Origin: Felis catus
Lineage: Eukaryota
Assembly: GCF_018350175.1 (NCBI RefSeq)
Contig: NC_058369.1
Span: forward strand, 10,542,001 to 10,606,000
Reading direction: 5' to 3'
DNA: 64,000 nucleotides
Shown: one piece after another, positions 25,061 through 36,045 of the stretch
Layout: every line of letters begins with the position of its first letter
Position numbering within the stretch: the stretch's first letter is position 1
Notes under the pieces: model-generated
The model's input: the letters and a program-made list of their open reading frames with translations, nothing else
What the model was told of the DNA's origin: nothing
Database searches by the model: none
Position numbers and translations under genes: made by a program

Positions 25061-25659
25061 AAGGAGTGAGTATAGAAGATTTTTTTCTCCACTCTGCAAT
25101 CTCATCATTCTGTATTAGTTTACTTAATAATAATAATCTCCACATGAAATGTCATTTACTTATTTACTGATATTCTATTCCCTCCAGCCACATACATATC
25201 CTAGAATAAAACTAGTTAGGGGCAAAGATTTTATTTTTTTGTATTATGGTAAGCTAAACAAGTCAACCAGAGAAAGACAAATATCATATGATTTCACTCA
25301 TACGTGGAATTTAAGGGGCAAAGATTCTTAAAAATTAATTTTACTGTTGATTCCCAGTGCTTTCAACAACAATAAGCACAAAATAATTGGTCAAAACTAG
25401 TTGTCGATGGACAAAGGAAAGTCTCAGGCGATTTGCAGAGGAAAATAATGCCTGGGAAAAATGTTTGAATTAAGGGCAGGAGTGGCTAATAAGTTTCGGC
25501 ATCAAAGAGAAGAGAGAGCATTTGGGATTCCTCGAAATCCCAAATCCCCAAATAAAAAGGAACTAGATTTGTGGCTAATATACAGAAATTAGCCAATTAA
25601 AGGTGTGTAAAATAAAATCATAGCATTTCTGTTTATTTTTAAGCTTTGAAAAATGAAGA

Positions 25660-27150
25660 CTTTTTTTTCAGAGCAGTTTTAGGTTCACAGCAAAATTGAG
25701 GGGAAGGTACACTTTCCCTATATTCCCTTCTTTCACGAGGCATAGCTACCCTCATTATCAACACCGCCCACAAGAGTGGTGCGTTTCTTACAGTCGGTGA
25801 ACCTACACCGTCACATCTTTAGCCAGCCAAGGTCCACAGTTCATATTACAGTTTACTCTTGGTGTTGTACATTCTATGGGTTTGAGAAACTGTACGATGA
25901 CCGTGTAGTGTGAGCCCTGACGGTTGGTTTTTCCTTTTGTGTAACGCGAGTGCCTGACTCCAGTTCCTTTCTTTTTTTTAATTGAAGCATAATGAACACA
26001 CAATGTTCCGTTAGTTTCTGTTGTACAACATGTTGATTTAACAATGTTTGACATTGCTCAATACTCACCACAGTAAGTGTAGTCCCTATCGGTCACCGTG
26101 CAGTGTTATTGCAACAGACTGTTGCTGAGGCAGCCACTTCAAGCATGGCTATTTCAGAAACAAAACCCACATTGCCAGCCCTGTAATTAAATAAAGAACC
26201 AGGGCCCCCCATTCTGATATATATTTTTTAATATTTTTTCATGTGTATTCATTTTTGAGAGACAGAGAGACAGAGCGCAAGCAGGGGGGGGGGACGGAGA
26301 GAGAGGGAGACACAGAATCCGAAGCAGGCTCCAGGCTCCGAGCTGTCAGCCCCGAGCCCCACGTGGGGCTCAAACTCATGAACCGTGAGATCATGACCTG
26401 AGCTGAAGCCAGACGCTTAACTGACTGAGCCACCCAGGCGCCCCATATTTTTTTTGTTTTGTTGTAGGGATCTGGTTGATTTAGAAACGGACCTTTCTCT
26501 CCTTTTTCTCTTTTGTGCTTTAATTCCTTAATTCCTGCTCTTAAGTTTTAAATTTACAAATAAAGAGTGAACCAGTGAAACTCTAGTCCCTCACCCCAGT
26601 AAAAGCAGACCCCAAGGTCCGTGTGTGCTCTCTGTCTCTCTGTGACTTCACTGTGTGGCCCTAGGAACTATGAGCAGTAATTTTTTTTTTTTTTTCAGAG
26701 TTTCCTGATGGTTATTGCAGAGGGTGTCTTGCAACCATCATAAGAATGATAAGGGCTGGTCCAGTCACAACGTTGGTAAATGATATGCTGAGACTGGCAC
26801 AAAACAAACATGTATCCATATTTATAGTATCATATGGAGTATTTCACTGCCCTAAAAACCCTTTGTGCTCTGCCTCTTAACCCCTCTCGCTCCCACTGCA
26901 CCCTTTGGCCACGTTGATATCTGTTATTCCTTTTCCGGAGTTTTGCCTTTTCTACAATTTCAGGTTTTTGGAATCATACAGTGTGAAGCTTTTTCAGATA
27001 AACTTCTTTCACTTAATAATATGCACTGAAGTTTCCTCTATGTCTTTTCATGGCTTGATGGTGTGTTTCTTCCAAGTACAGAATAACATTCCATTGTCTG
27101 GGTACATGACAGCTTATTTATCCATTCACCTACTGAAGGCCACCTTGGTT
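25660..27150 (-). mobile_element. L1MC-like 3' end split by an LTR-like insert (about 25904-26805) that itself holds an L1 tail and a SINE
   Basis: cagagcagttttaggttcacagcaaaattga start; L1 text stops at atgac (25901) and resumes at acatgtatcc (26808). The insert starts TG, ends CA and has AATAAA at 26558. Confidence 0.55.
26225..26443 (-). mobile_element. CanSINE
   Basis: Typical body ending cacccaggcgcccc. Confidence 0.93.
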
Positions 27151-27228
27151 CCCTCTCTGTTACTTTCTTGACTACTGTTTGTGGCTAAATTTGAAAGGCT
27201 CTTCTTTCTATTTCTGTAGTTTAGTTTC

Positions 27229-28200
27229 TTGGAACAAGAAAACCAAACCCGAATTTCTGAATTTAGTCCCCTCCTGGGACTGTCAGACGAGCGGGGACTG
27301 CAGTCACTGCGCTTTTGGCCGTTCCTGTCCATGTACCTGGTCACTTTCACTGGGAACCTGCTCATGATCCTGGCCATTATCACAGACTCCCGCCTCCACA
27401 CGCCCATGTACTTCTTCCTCTCCAACCTGTCCTTTTCAGACATCTGTTTCACCTCCACCACGTCCCAAAGATGCTGCTGAACATCCAGACGCAGAGCAAA
27501 GTGATCACCTATGAAGGCTTTCTCAGCCAGATGTACTTTTTCATGGTTTTTGCAGGATTAGACACCTTCCTCTTGACAGTGATGGCCTATGACCGGTTTG
27601 TGGCCATCTGTCAGCCACTGCACTACATGGTCATCATGAACCCCAAGTTCTGTGGCATCCTACTCCTGGGATCCTAAGGTGTTGAGTGTTCTCGACTCTC
27701 TATTACATGACTTATTGATTTTGCGACTCTCCTTTTGCACAGAGCTGGAAATCCTTCACTTTTTCTGTGAACTTAAGCAGGTGATCCAACTTGCTTGCTC
27801 TGATACGTTCCTCAATGTCCTGGTGACCTATCTCACAAGTGGACTTCTGAGTGTTGTTCCAATCGCTGGTATCCTGTATTCTTACTCTAAGATTGTAGTC
27901 TCCGTTTTGAGAATTTCATCAACGAGTGGCAAGTAGAAAGCATTTTCCACGTGTGGGTCTCACCTCTCAGTGGTCTCTTTGTTCTATGCTACAGGCCTTG
28001 GGGTGTATCTGAGTTCTGCTGCTGCACAAAACTCCAGGACAAGTGCCATAGCCTCAGTCATGTGCACGGTGGTGACGCCCATGCTGAACCCCTTCATCTA
28101 TGGCCTGAGGAACAGAGACATCAAACAAGCCCTGAGAAAGCTCTTTGGCAGAGGGACATTCTCTGCATGTAGGATTCTTTGCTTTAAGATAAAGACTTGA
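27229..28200 (+). pseudogene. Full-length OR7-family pseudogene (unit A)
   Basis: Collinear with B and C. Lesions: start ATG>TTG (27229), 3-nt insertion (EFSPLL vs EFILL), 1-nt deletion near 27461, conserved Cys TGT>TTT (27520), TGG>TAAG (+1 nt, stop) at 27675, TAT>TAG at 27934. Confidence 0.95.
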
Positions 28201-28399
28201 GCAACAGGGCTCAAAACCCTGGAATATGTAGATCATGATGTTTGTATCAGTTCATAGATTGACAGTCTGCAGTTTATCTTTCCACAGTACTTGGGTTCTT
28301 TAACTTTTCATTCATAATCAGCAACTATTTCTTCTGCATTTCTTTATAAAATTTTAGATCTCTCATTAAATTCCATTGCGTGGATTTTCAGCAGCAAAT

Positions 28400-29995
28400 A
28401 AATAATATAGGAAATTGAATACTTATAATGTGACAGAAAGACCCAGAGGAATAAATGTGGAATCTGTCCTCTCTGAGATGAAAGCAGCTATTCATTGGAG
28501 TATTCTGCTTTGGGAGAAAAATCATTTAAGTTATCAGAGAGTATACACCAGTTTTTGAGGTTTATGTCAATCTATCCTGGAAAGAGATCACATCTGCATC
28601 AGCAGAGGCCTGGAACCCCGTGTGATGACATTCACAGTACTCCGCATTCACTATGCAGTATCTAATTTTCCCTTGCACGGTCCAAAACATCCATGAAGTG
28701 TGTAGGTAATAGAAATTACAACTCCTGGTTTTTCAGGCATCAATGGTGTCACTCTTGGTGGTTATCCCAGGGATGCGTTATGGCTTTTCTTTTAGTATTT
28801 TGGCAGGTAGCAGCAACACTGTCTGGCGATTTCCCTCAGCACCTCCTACCGTAATAGCCCTTTCACAGATCACAAAAGCAGTATGGATATTCTGCCTATT
28901 TCCAGCCAAATTTTTGTAGCAAGCATCTCAGAAATCAGGTACTAATAGCAGGATATGATTATGGACCTAACCCGTGCTTTATGAGACAGAGTAAGACAAA
29001 TGTCTCATCATCACCTGCTCCCGGAAGCCACCACTTTGGTTTGTAAAAGTTCACAGGTCCTTTTGCACACTAGTATTCAAATAAATGTTTAGGGAGCTCT
29101 CGCTCAAAAGCAAAGAGAAAACAAAAGAGGAGAAGTAAGAAGAGAGAAGAAAATAAGAAAAATCGGATAAAGAAGAGAGCTTGCTTGTAGCATTTGCCAA
29201 TTTCCATGGTATAATTACCCTCATCTTGCCCAGTTTCAAGCTACCAATTTTAGTTCAGACCACAGTCCTCATGAACCATCATAAGCTGGCTAGCAATATC
29301 ACTTCCAAGCTTTTGGGTTGGGTTTGGAGGAAAACGTAAAGCATTTGTTGTCATTTTATAGTCTTCACTCAGGGGCAACTGGTTCCATCAATTGAGGATC
29401 TGAGTCAGTAAAGTGTCTCAGCTCTGAGAGTCAAGTAGACATTATGACCCTTCATTGTGGTGATTCAGGTCAAGTTTTCTTCATGAGAACTGGAGGGCTT
29501 TTAAATTTTTAATTTTTTTTGACTACTCAAATTGGATGAATTCTTATTGAGCTGCCCATCATTTTTGGTTCATGAAGACACCATGATGAATTTGCCATTT
29601 ACAGAAATCCCCATAGCTTAACCAATTTGGATGAGAATGATTAGCTCTTACATACACTATGAATACCATACCCTAGATGGTTTGGGACTGCTGACATGGC
29701 CTCTGGCAGTTCAGAAAGGGCTGAACACAGGAGAAGGGATTTTATATTCAGCATGTCCATGGTAAGTCTGTCACGCAGGGCAGAAGCTCTGTAGAGCTTG
29801 CCAAGAAAGACATTATAGCCCTCAGCAGTATTTCTCAATGACCTTACGAATTTTATGTTCTCTGAAGCCTTATTTTGGGTACACTTTGTGGTTGAGGTAT
29901 TGAATCACACAAGATAAACCCATCACATCACCCTTGTCTCCCTGCACTTCGGATTCCTTCCTCGACATCATATTAACCTATTTATGGCACTGAAA
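28400..29995 (-). mobile_element. Decayed ERVL-class (HERV-L/HERV16-like) internal fragment, gag C-half to protease region to RT N-terminus, copy 1
   Basis: Manual minus-strand translation gives ordered remnants YDVEEGI, SLRN, KWQIHHGV, DGQL, ELRHFTDSDP, NQLPLSED, QKDL*TFT. These resemble recalled ERVL gag/pol text (NVEEGIQRL, ALRN, WLINHGVP, DGQP, DLSQFTDPEP, GQVPLRKD, RDLRPFT). Confidence 0.7.
29180..29305 (-). mobile_element. Short non-autonomous DNA transposon fragment (hAT-Tip100-like) inside the ERVL; paralogs about 47045-47155 and 60575-60697
   Basis: Minus strand ttggtagcttgaaactgggcaagatgagggtaattataccatggaaattggcaaatgctacaa resembles a recalled ancient mammalian hAT consensus and interrupts ERVL collinearity. 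Family name uncertain. Confidence 0.4.
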
Positions 29996-29999
29996 TTCT

Positions 30000-30745
30000 T
30001 TTAGAGCATGTCACTATATTTTTTTCTCATGGTAAAATACATATAAAATTTATTATTTCAAACATTTTGAAATATATTTGTGTGGCATTAAGTACTTTCT
30101 CACCATTGTGCAATCACCACCTCTATCCGTCTCCAGAACTTTCTCATGGTCTCAGACCTAACCTTTGTCCCTATGAAATATTAACCCCCCATTGTCCCTC
30201 TACCCAGTCCTTGTCTCCCACCATCCTAAATTCCCTCTCTAAAGCTGAGTACTTTAGTACCTCATATAGATGTAATTGTATAATATTAGTCCTTTTGTGT
30301 CTGGCTACATTCACTTAGCATTGTGTTTGCACAGTTCATCCATGTTGTAGCCTGTGTCAGAAACCATTCATTTTAAAGGCCGAATGATGTCCCACTCTAT
30401 GTGTTCACCCTGCTTTGTTCATTCATGAGTTTGTTGATGGACATTCAGGTTGTCTCTGCATTTTGGCTACTGTAAGTAGAGCCGTATGAACAGCAGTATA
30501 CAAAAATCTTTTCTAGTCACTGCTTTACCTTTTTCTTGCGGCATATAAGTGGATATGTAACCAGATGTGAAACTACTGGCTCAAATAATATTTCTACGTT
30601 TATATTTTTGATGAACTGGCACACTGTTTCCTCCAGAAGCTGTGCCACATTTTAGTTATTTATCAGCAAAGCACCACAGGGTTCCAATTTCTCTGTATCC
30701 TCGCCGACACATGGTTTCTGGGTTAGTCTTTAGAATAGCCATCCT
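30000..30745 (-). mobile_element. Old L1MA/MB 3' fragment shared by all three units (48070-48960, 61870-62990), continuing at 33371-33950 and 50708-51290
   Basis: ctccagaactttctcat and gttgatggacatt motifs at equivalent positions. Confidence 0.75.
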
Positions 30746-33370
30746 ATGGCTTCCCTGGGGAATTCTACCAGACATTTAAAGCAGAGATAATACCTATCCT
30801 CAAGCTATTCCAAAAAATAGAAAGGGAAGGAAAACTTCCAGACTCATTCTATGAAGCCAGTATTACTTTGATTCCTAAACCAGACAGAGACCCAGTAAAA
30901 AAAGAGAACTACAGGCCAATATCCCTGATGAATATGGATGCAAAAATTCTCAATAAGATACTAGCAAATCGAATTTAACAGCTTATAAAAAGAATTATTC
31001 ACCACGATCAAGTGGGATTCATTCCTGGGATGCAGGGCTGGTTCAACATTCACAAATCAATCAACGTGATACATCACATTAATAAAAGAAAAGAGAAGAA
31101 CCATATGATCCTGTCAATCGATGCAGAAAAAGCATTTGACAAAATTTATCCTTTCTTAATAAAAACCCTCGAGAAAGTCGGGATAGAAGGAACATACTTA
31201 AACATCATAAAAGCCATTTGTGAAAAGCCCACAGCTAACATCATCCTCAATGGGGAAAAACTGAGAGCTTTTCCCCTGAGATCAGGAACACGACAGGGAT
31301 GTCCACTCTTACCGCTGTTGTTTAACATAGTGTTGGAAGTGCTAGCATCAGCAACCAGACAACAAAAGGAAATCAAAGGCATCAAAATTGGCAAAGATGA
31401 AGTCAAGCTTTCACTTTTTGCAGATGATATGATATTATACATGGAAAATCCGATAGACTCCACCAAAAGTCTGCTAGAACTGATGCATGAATTCAGCAAA
31501 GTTGCAGGATACAAAATCAATGTACAGAAATCAGTTGCATTCTTATACACTAACAATGAAGCGATATAAAGACAAATAAAGAAACTGATCCCATTCACAA
31601 TTGCACCAAGAAGCATAAAATACCTAGGAATAAATCTAACCAAAGATGTACAAGATCTGTATGCTGAAAACTATAGAGAGCTTATGAAGGAAATTGAAGA
31701 AGATATAAAGAAATGGAAAAACATTCTGTGCTCATGGGTTGGAAGAATAAATATTGTTAAAATGTCAATACTACCCAAAGCTATCTACACATTCAATGCA
31801 ATCCCAATCAAAATCGCACCAGCATTCTTCTTGAAGCTAGAACCAGCAATACTAAAATTCATATGGAACCACAAAGGCCCTGAATAGCCAAAGTAATTTT
31901 GAAGAAGACCAAAGCGGGAGGCATCACAATCCCAGACTTTAGCCGCTACTACAAAGCTGTAATCATCAAGACAGCATGGTATTGGCACAAAAACAGACAC
32001 ATAGACCAATGGAATGGAATAGACACCCCAGAACTAGACCCACAAACGTATGAACAACTAATCTTTGACAAAGCAGGAAAGAACATCCAATGGAAAAAAG
32101 ACAATCTCTTTAACAAATGGTGCTGGGAGAACTGGACAGCAACATGCAGAAGAATGAAACTAGACCACTTTCTTACACCATTCACAAAAATAAACTCAAA
32201 ATGAATAAAGGACCTGAATGTGAGACAGGAAACCATCAAAACACTAGAGGAGAAAGCAGGAAAACACCTCTCTGACCTCAGCCGTAGCAATTTCTTACTT
32301 GACACATCCCCAAAGGCAAGGGAATTAAAAGCAAAATGAACTATTGGGATTTCATGAAGATAAAAAGCTTCTGCACAACAAAGGAAACAATCAACAAAAC
32401 TAAAAGGCAACGAACGGAATGGGAAAAGATATTTGCAAATGACATATCGGACAAAGGGCTAGTATCCAAAATCTATAAAGAGCTCACCAAACTCCACACC
32501 CAAAAAACAAATAAGCCAGTGAAGAAATGGGCAGAAAACATGAATAGACACTTCTCTAAAGAAGACATCCAGATGGCCAACATGCACATGAAAAGATGCT
32601 CAACATCACTCCTCACCAGGGAAATACAAATCAATACCACACTCACATACCACCTCACGCCAGTCACAGTGGCCAAAATGAACAAATCAGGAGACTATAG
32701 ATGCTGGAGAGGTTGTGGAGAAATGGGAACCCTCTTGCACTGTTGGTGGGAATGCAAACTGGTACAGCCACTCTGGAAAATAGTGTGAAGGTTCCTCAAA
32801 AAATTAAAAATAGACCTACCCTATGACCCAGCAATAGCACTGTTAGGAATTTACCCAAGGGATACAGGAGTACTGATGCATAGGGGCACTTGTACCCCAA
32901 TGTTTATAGCAGCACTCTCAACAATAGCCAAATTATGAAAGAGCCTAAATGTCCATCAACTGATGATGGATAAAGAAATTGTGGTTTATATACACAATGG
33001 AGTACTACATGGCAATGAGAAAGAACGAAATATGGCCCTTTGTAGCAACATGGATGGAACTGGAGAGTGTGATGCTAAGTGAAATAAGCCATACAGAGAG
33101 ACAGATACCATGTTTTCACTCTTATGTGGATCCTGAGAAACTTAACAGAAACACATGGGGGAGGGGAAGGAAAAAAAAAGAGGTTAGAGTGAGAGAGAGC
33201 CAAAGCATAAGAGACTGTTAAAAACTGGAACAAACTGAGGGTTGATGGGGGGTGGGGGGGGGGGGAGGGTGGGTGATGGGTATTGAGGAGGGCATCTTTT
33301 GGGATGAGCACTGGGTGTTGTATGGAAACCAATTTGACAATAAACTTCATATATTGAAAAAAAATAAAAT
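30746..33370 (+). mobile_element. 5'-truncated felid L1 (ORF2 RT and C-terminus, 3'UTR, polyA) with several stops and frameshifts
   Basis: [40 protein letters not shown]-rich 3'UTR; AATAAA plus A tail at about 33340-33370; no TSD found. Confidence 0.97.
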
Positions 33371-35559
33371 AAATTGAGTTATTTGAGTTTTTTTTTGCTG
33401 TGGAAGTTTTGACATTCGTTTCCATTTGGATATTAATTTTGGATATTAATCTATTATCAGACACGTGATTTGCCAATCTTTCCCCATTTTGTGGTGTGTC
33501 TTTTCACTTGGAAAATAGTGCCCTTCGATGCACAAACATGGTTCATTTTGCCAAAGTAAATTTTTCTCTAGTTGCCTGTGTCTTTGGTGTTATATCCAGG
33601 AAATCTTTGTGAAATCCAGTGGCATATAGATGTACCTCTGTATTTTCCTCTAAGTGCTTACAGTTTTATTTCTTATACTTCAGTCTGTGATCCATTTGGA
33701 GTCATGTTGATAGATGGTAGATGAAAGGGCCAGCTTCATCTTTAAGCATGTGGATATCCAGGTTTTCCATCACCATCTTGGAAAGGCTGTCCATTCTGCC
33801 ACTCTTGCCAAAAATCATTCAGTCATAATATTTGCGTTTATTTCTGCGCTCCCTCCTATTCTGTTGAGTTATATTTCTGTTTTTGTTGTTGTTGAAAAAA
33901 GATCAGTTTGAAATTAGAATGAGATAACTCTGAAAATCGTATTTTCACCCTTCCCCAGCCATTGTTTTTATTGAAGTATAATTTACCTATAGTGTTATAT
34001 TCATTTGATGTGTACAATGTAATGCTTAACAATTCTACACACTGTTCAGAGCTCATGGACATAAGTGTACTCTTAATACCCTTTATCTATCTTACCCATC
34101 CTCACCCACATTCTCTCTGGCAACCACCAGTTTGTTCTCTGTGTTTAAGAATCTGTTTTTTTGTCTGTCTTTTCCTTATTTGGTCCTTCGTTTTATTTCT
34201 TAAGTTCCCCAGATGAGTGACATCAAAGGGTATTTGTCTTTCTCTGACTGGCTCATTTCACTCAGCACTATTATACCTCTAGGTCCATCCAAGTTGCAAA
34301 CTTACACAGTATTTAAATGTTACTTTTTTGCCGTTTAAAAATGTCCATTTATTCTCTATTTTTTCATCTACAGTGTTCTTTGACTATTGTAGTAACAAGG
34401 GTCTGTGTCTAACATGATTGCATGATGAGTTTTCCACAGGGAGAACTTGATCCTGACATCGCATCATGAAATCCACACTGAAACTCCACTGTTTTCATAA
34501 GTACGTGTCAACCCTGTAGCTAAAATATCAGCATCTCTGTTCTCTGCAGGCTGTCTAACTGCTCAGGGTCATGTTTGAATTGTCATACTTGCCCCCTGAT
34601 TATTGGCCAGCAAGTATGAAGTATTTCCCACATTGGCTGCCCAGATACTTCGTCTTGGAGTGCCTTATCCCCTTCTCCCTCATCAAGAGTTGGGACAAAG
34701 AGAAGCTTGTTTGTGCAGCCTTCACTCAACTCTTCTGGAAAAGTTGACTAGGGTTGTACTCTTTTTCTGATGTGTCAGTGCCCCTTCAGGGTAGTGCATT
34801 CATGTATTTTTCATTTTATTTTGAAATTTGTGTTTTAGGTAGATAACATACAGTGAAATATTAGTTTTGGAAGGAGAGTTCAGTAATTCATCACTTACAT
34901 ACAACACCCAGTGCTCATCACAAGTGCCCTCCTTAACACCCAACACTCATCTAGCCCATCTCCCTCCCACCTTTCTCCATCTGTCTATCGTTAAGAGTCT
35001 CTTGTGGTTTCTTTCCCTCTCTCCTCTTTCACCCTTCATATATGTTCATTTGTTTTGTTAATTCACTTCCAATATGAGTGAAATCATATGGTTTTTGTCC
35101 TTCTCTGATTGACTTAATCTCAGTTAGCATGATACATTCTAGCACCATCCATGTCATTGCAAATGGCACGATTGCATTTATTTTTATGTCACTTGCCCTG
35201 TTGAGACTGTGAGCCCCTCAAGGTAAAGGACCATTCTCACACTTTTCTTGCTTCCCACCACATTGCTTGGTGCCTACTATATCACAAATGCTAATGAGGG
35301 GGTTAGAGGATGCCCAAAGAAGCAAATGGTTGAGTGATGTTAAATAGATATTGCCCACGTTGAAGGAGAATGAGAAGCAGGAAAAAAGGAGAATCACTGT
35401 GGGGGCTGGGGGCTGCATGATGGTGAGCCAAAAGAACAGGTATGGATGGGAGAAAGAAGATTAAGGGACACAGAATTCTCCAAAACCAGAATTAAATAGT
35501 TACTATGGGGAACTCTGACTTATTAGTGAGAACCTGTAAAGACAGGGCAACTTCTTCTG

Positions 35560-36045
35560 GGATAAGAGAGTAAATGTGATAAGAGACAATCTGGGAATGC
35601 CAAGTCTGTGTCCCAATACCAACAGTGGGACAAGTTTGCTTTCTATTTTTCTCTCCTAGCTCTAGAGACCCAAGTCTCCTAAAGGGAAGAGAGACAACAG
35701 AATATTTCATTAATGAGACTCAGGGGAATTCATTCCCTACGGCTACAGAAATTAAAATGCCTTTCTGCACCAATGGAGTCGACTCTTGTAACCTCAGGTG
35801 ATATGAGCACATAGCTGTGTTTTAGAGCCTTCCTGGGTGGGGTCATGTCTCTTCCCTTCCTGGTGACATAACTTCCAGCTGCATCAGTCAACCATGGGAG
35901 AGACTGGGTTATTGATTTCACGATGTTCTGTGCTAACATCTGGGTGAGCCGTGGCATCTTCAGAAGTGCTGGGGAAATATATTATGGTAGGAAGGAACCC
36001 TTGTGTCGGTAGTTATTTGGGGGGCACCAACAGGGATAATAAGTT
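35560..36045 (+). promoter_or_regulatory. Putative OR promoter and non-coding first exon for unit B
   Basis: TAATGA (35711) next to O/E-like CTCAGGGGA; donor G|GTGAGC (GT at 35944). The block is homologous to three other copies, each upstream of an OR. OR genes typically have a 5' non-coding exon with homeodomain and O/E sites. Confidence 0.65.

Noticed and set aside
27461..27678. Compensating -1/+1 frameshifts that might rescue pseudogene A
   Set aside because: The frame is restored overall, but TGA at 27478 lies between them, TAG at 27934 follows, and the ATG is lost.
31012..32788. Active reverse transcriptase gene
   Set aside because: 5'-truncated L1 ORF2 broken by stops and frameshifts.
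33240..33295. G-quadruplex-like G tracts (also 5180-5235, 11230-11280)
   Set aside because: Standard L1 3'UTR polypurine tract.
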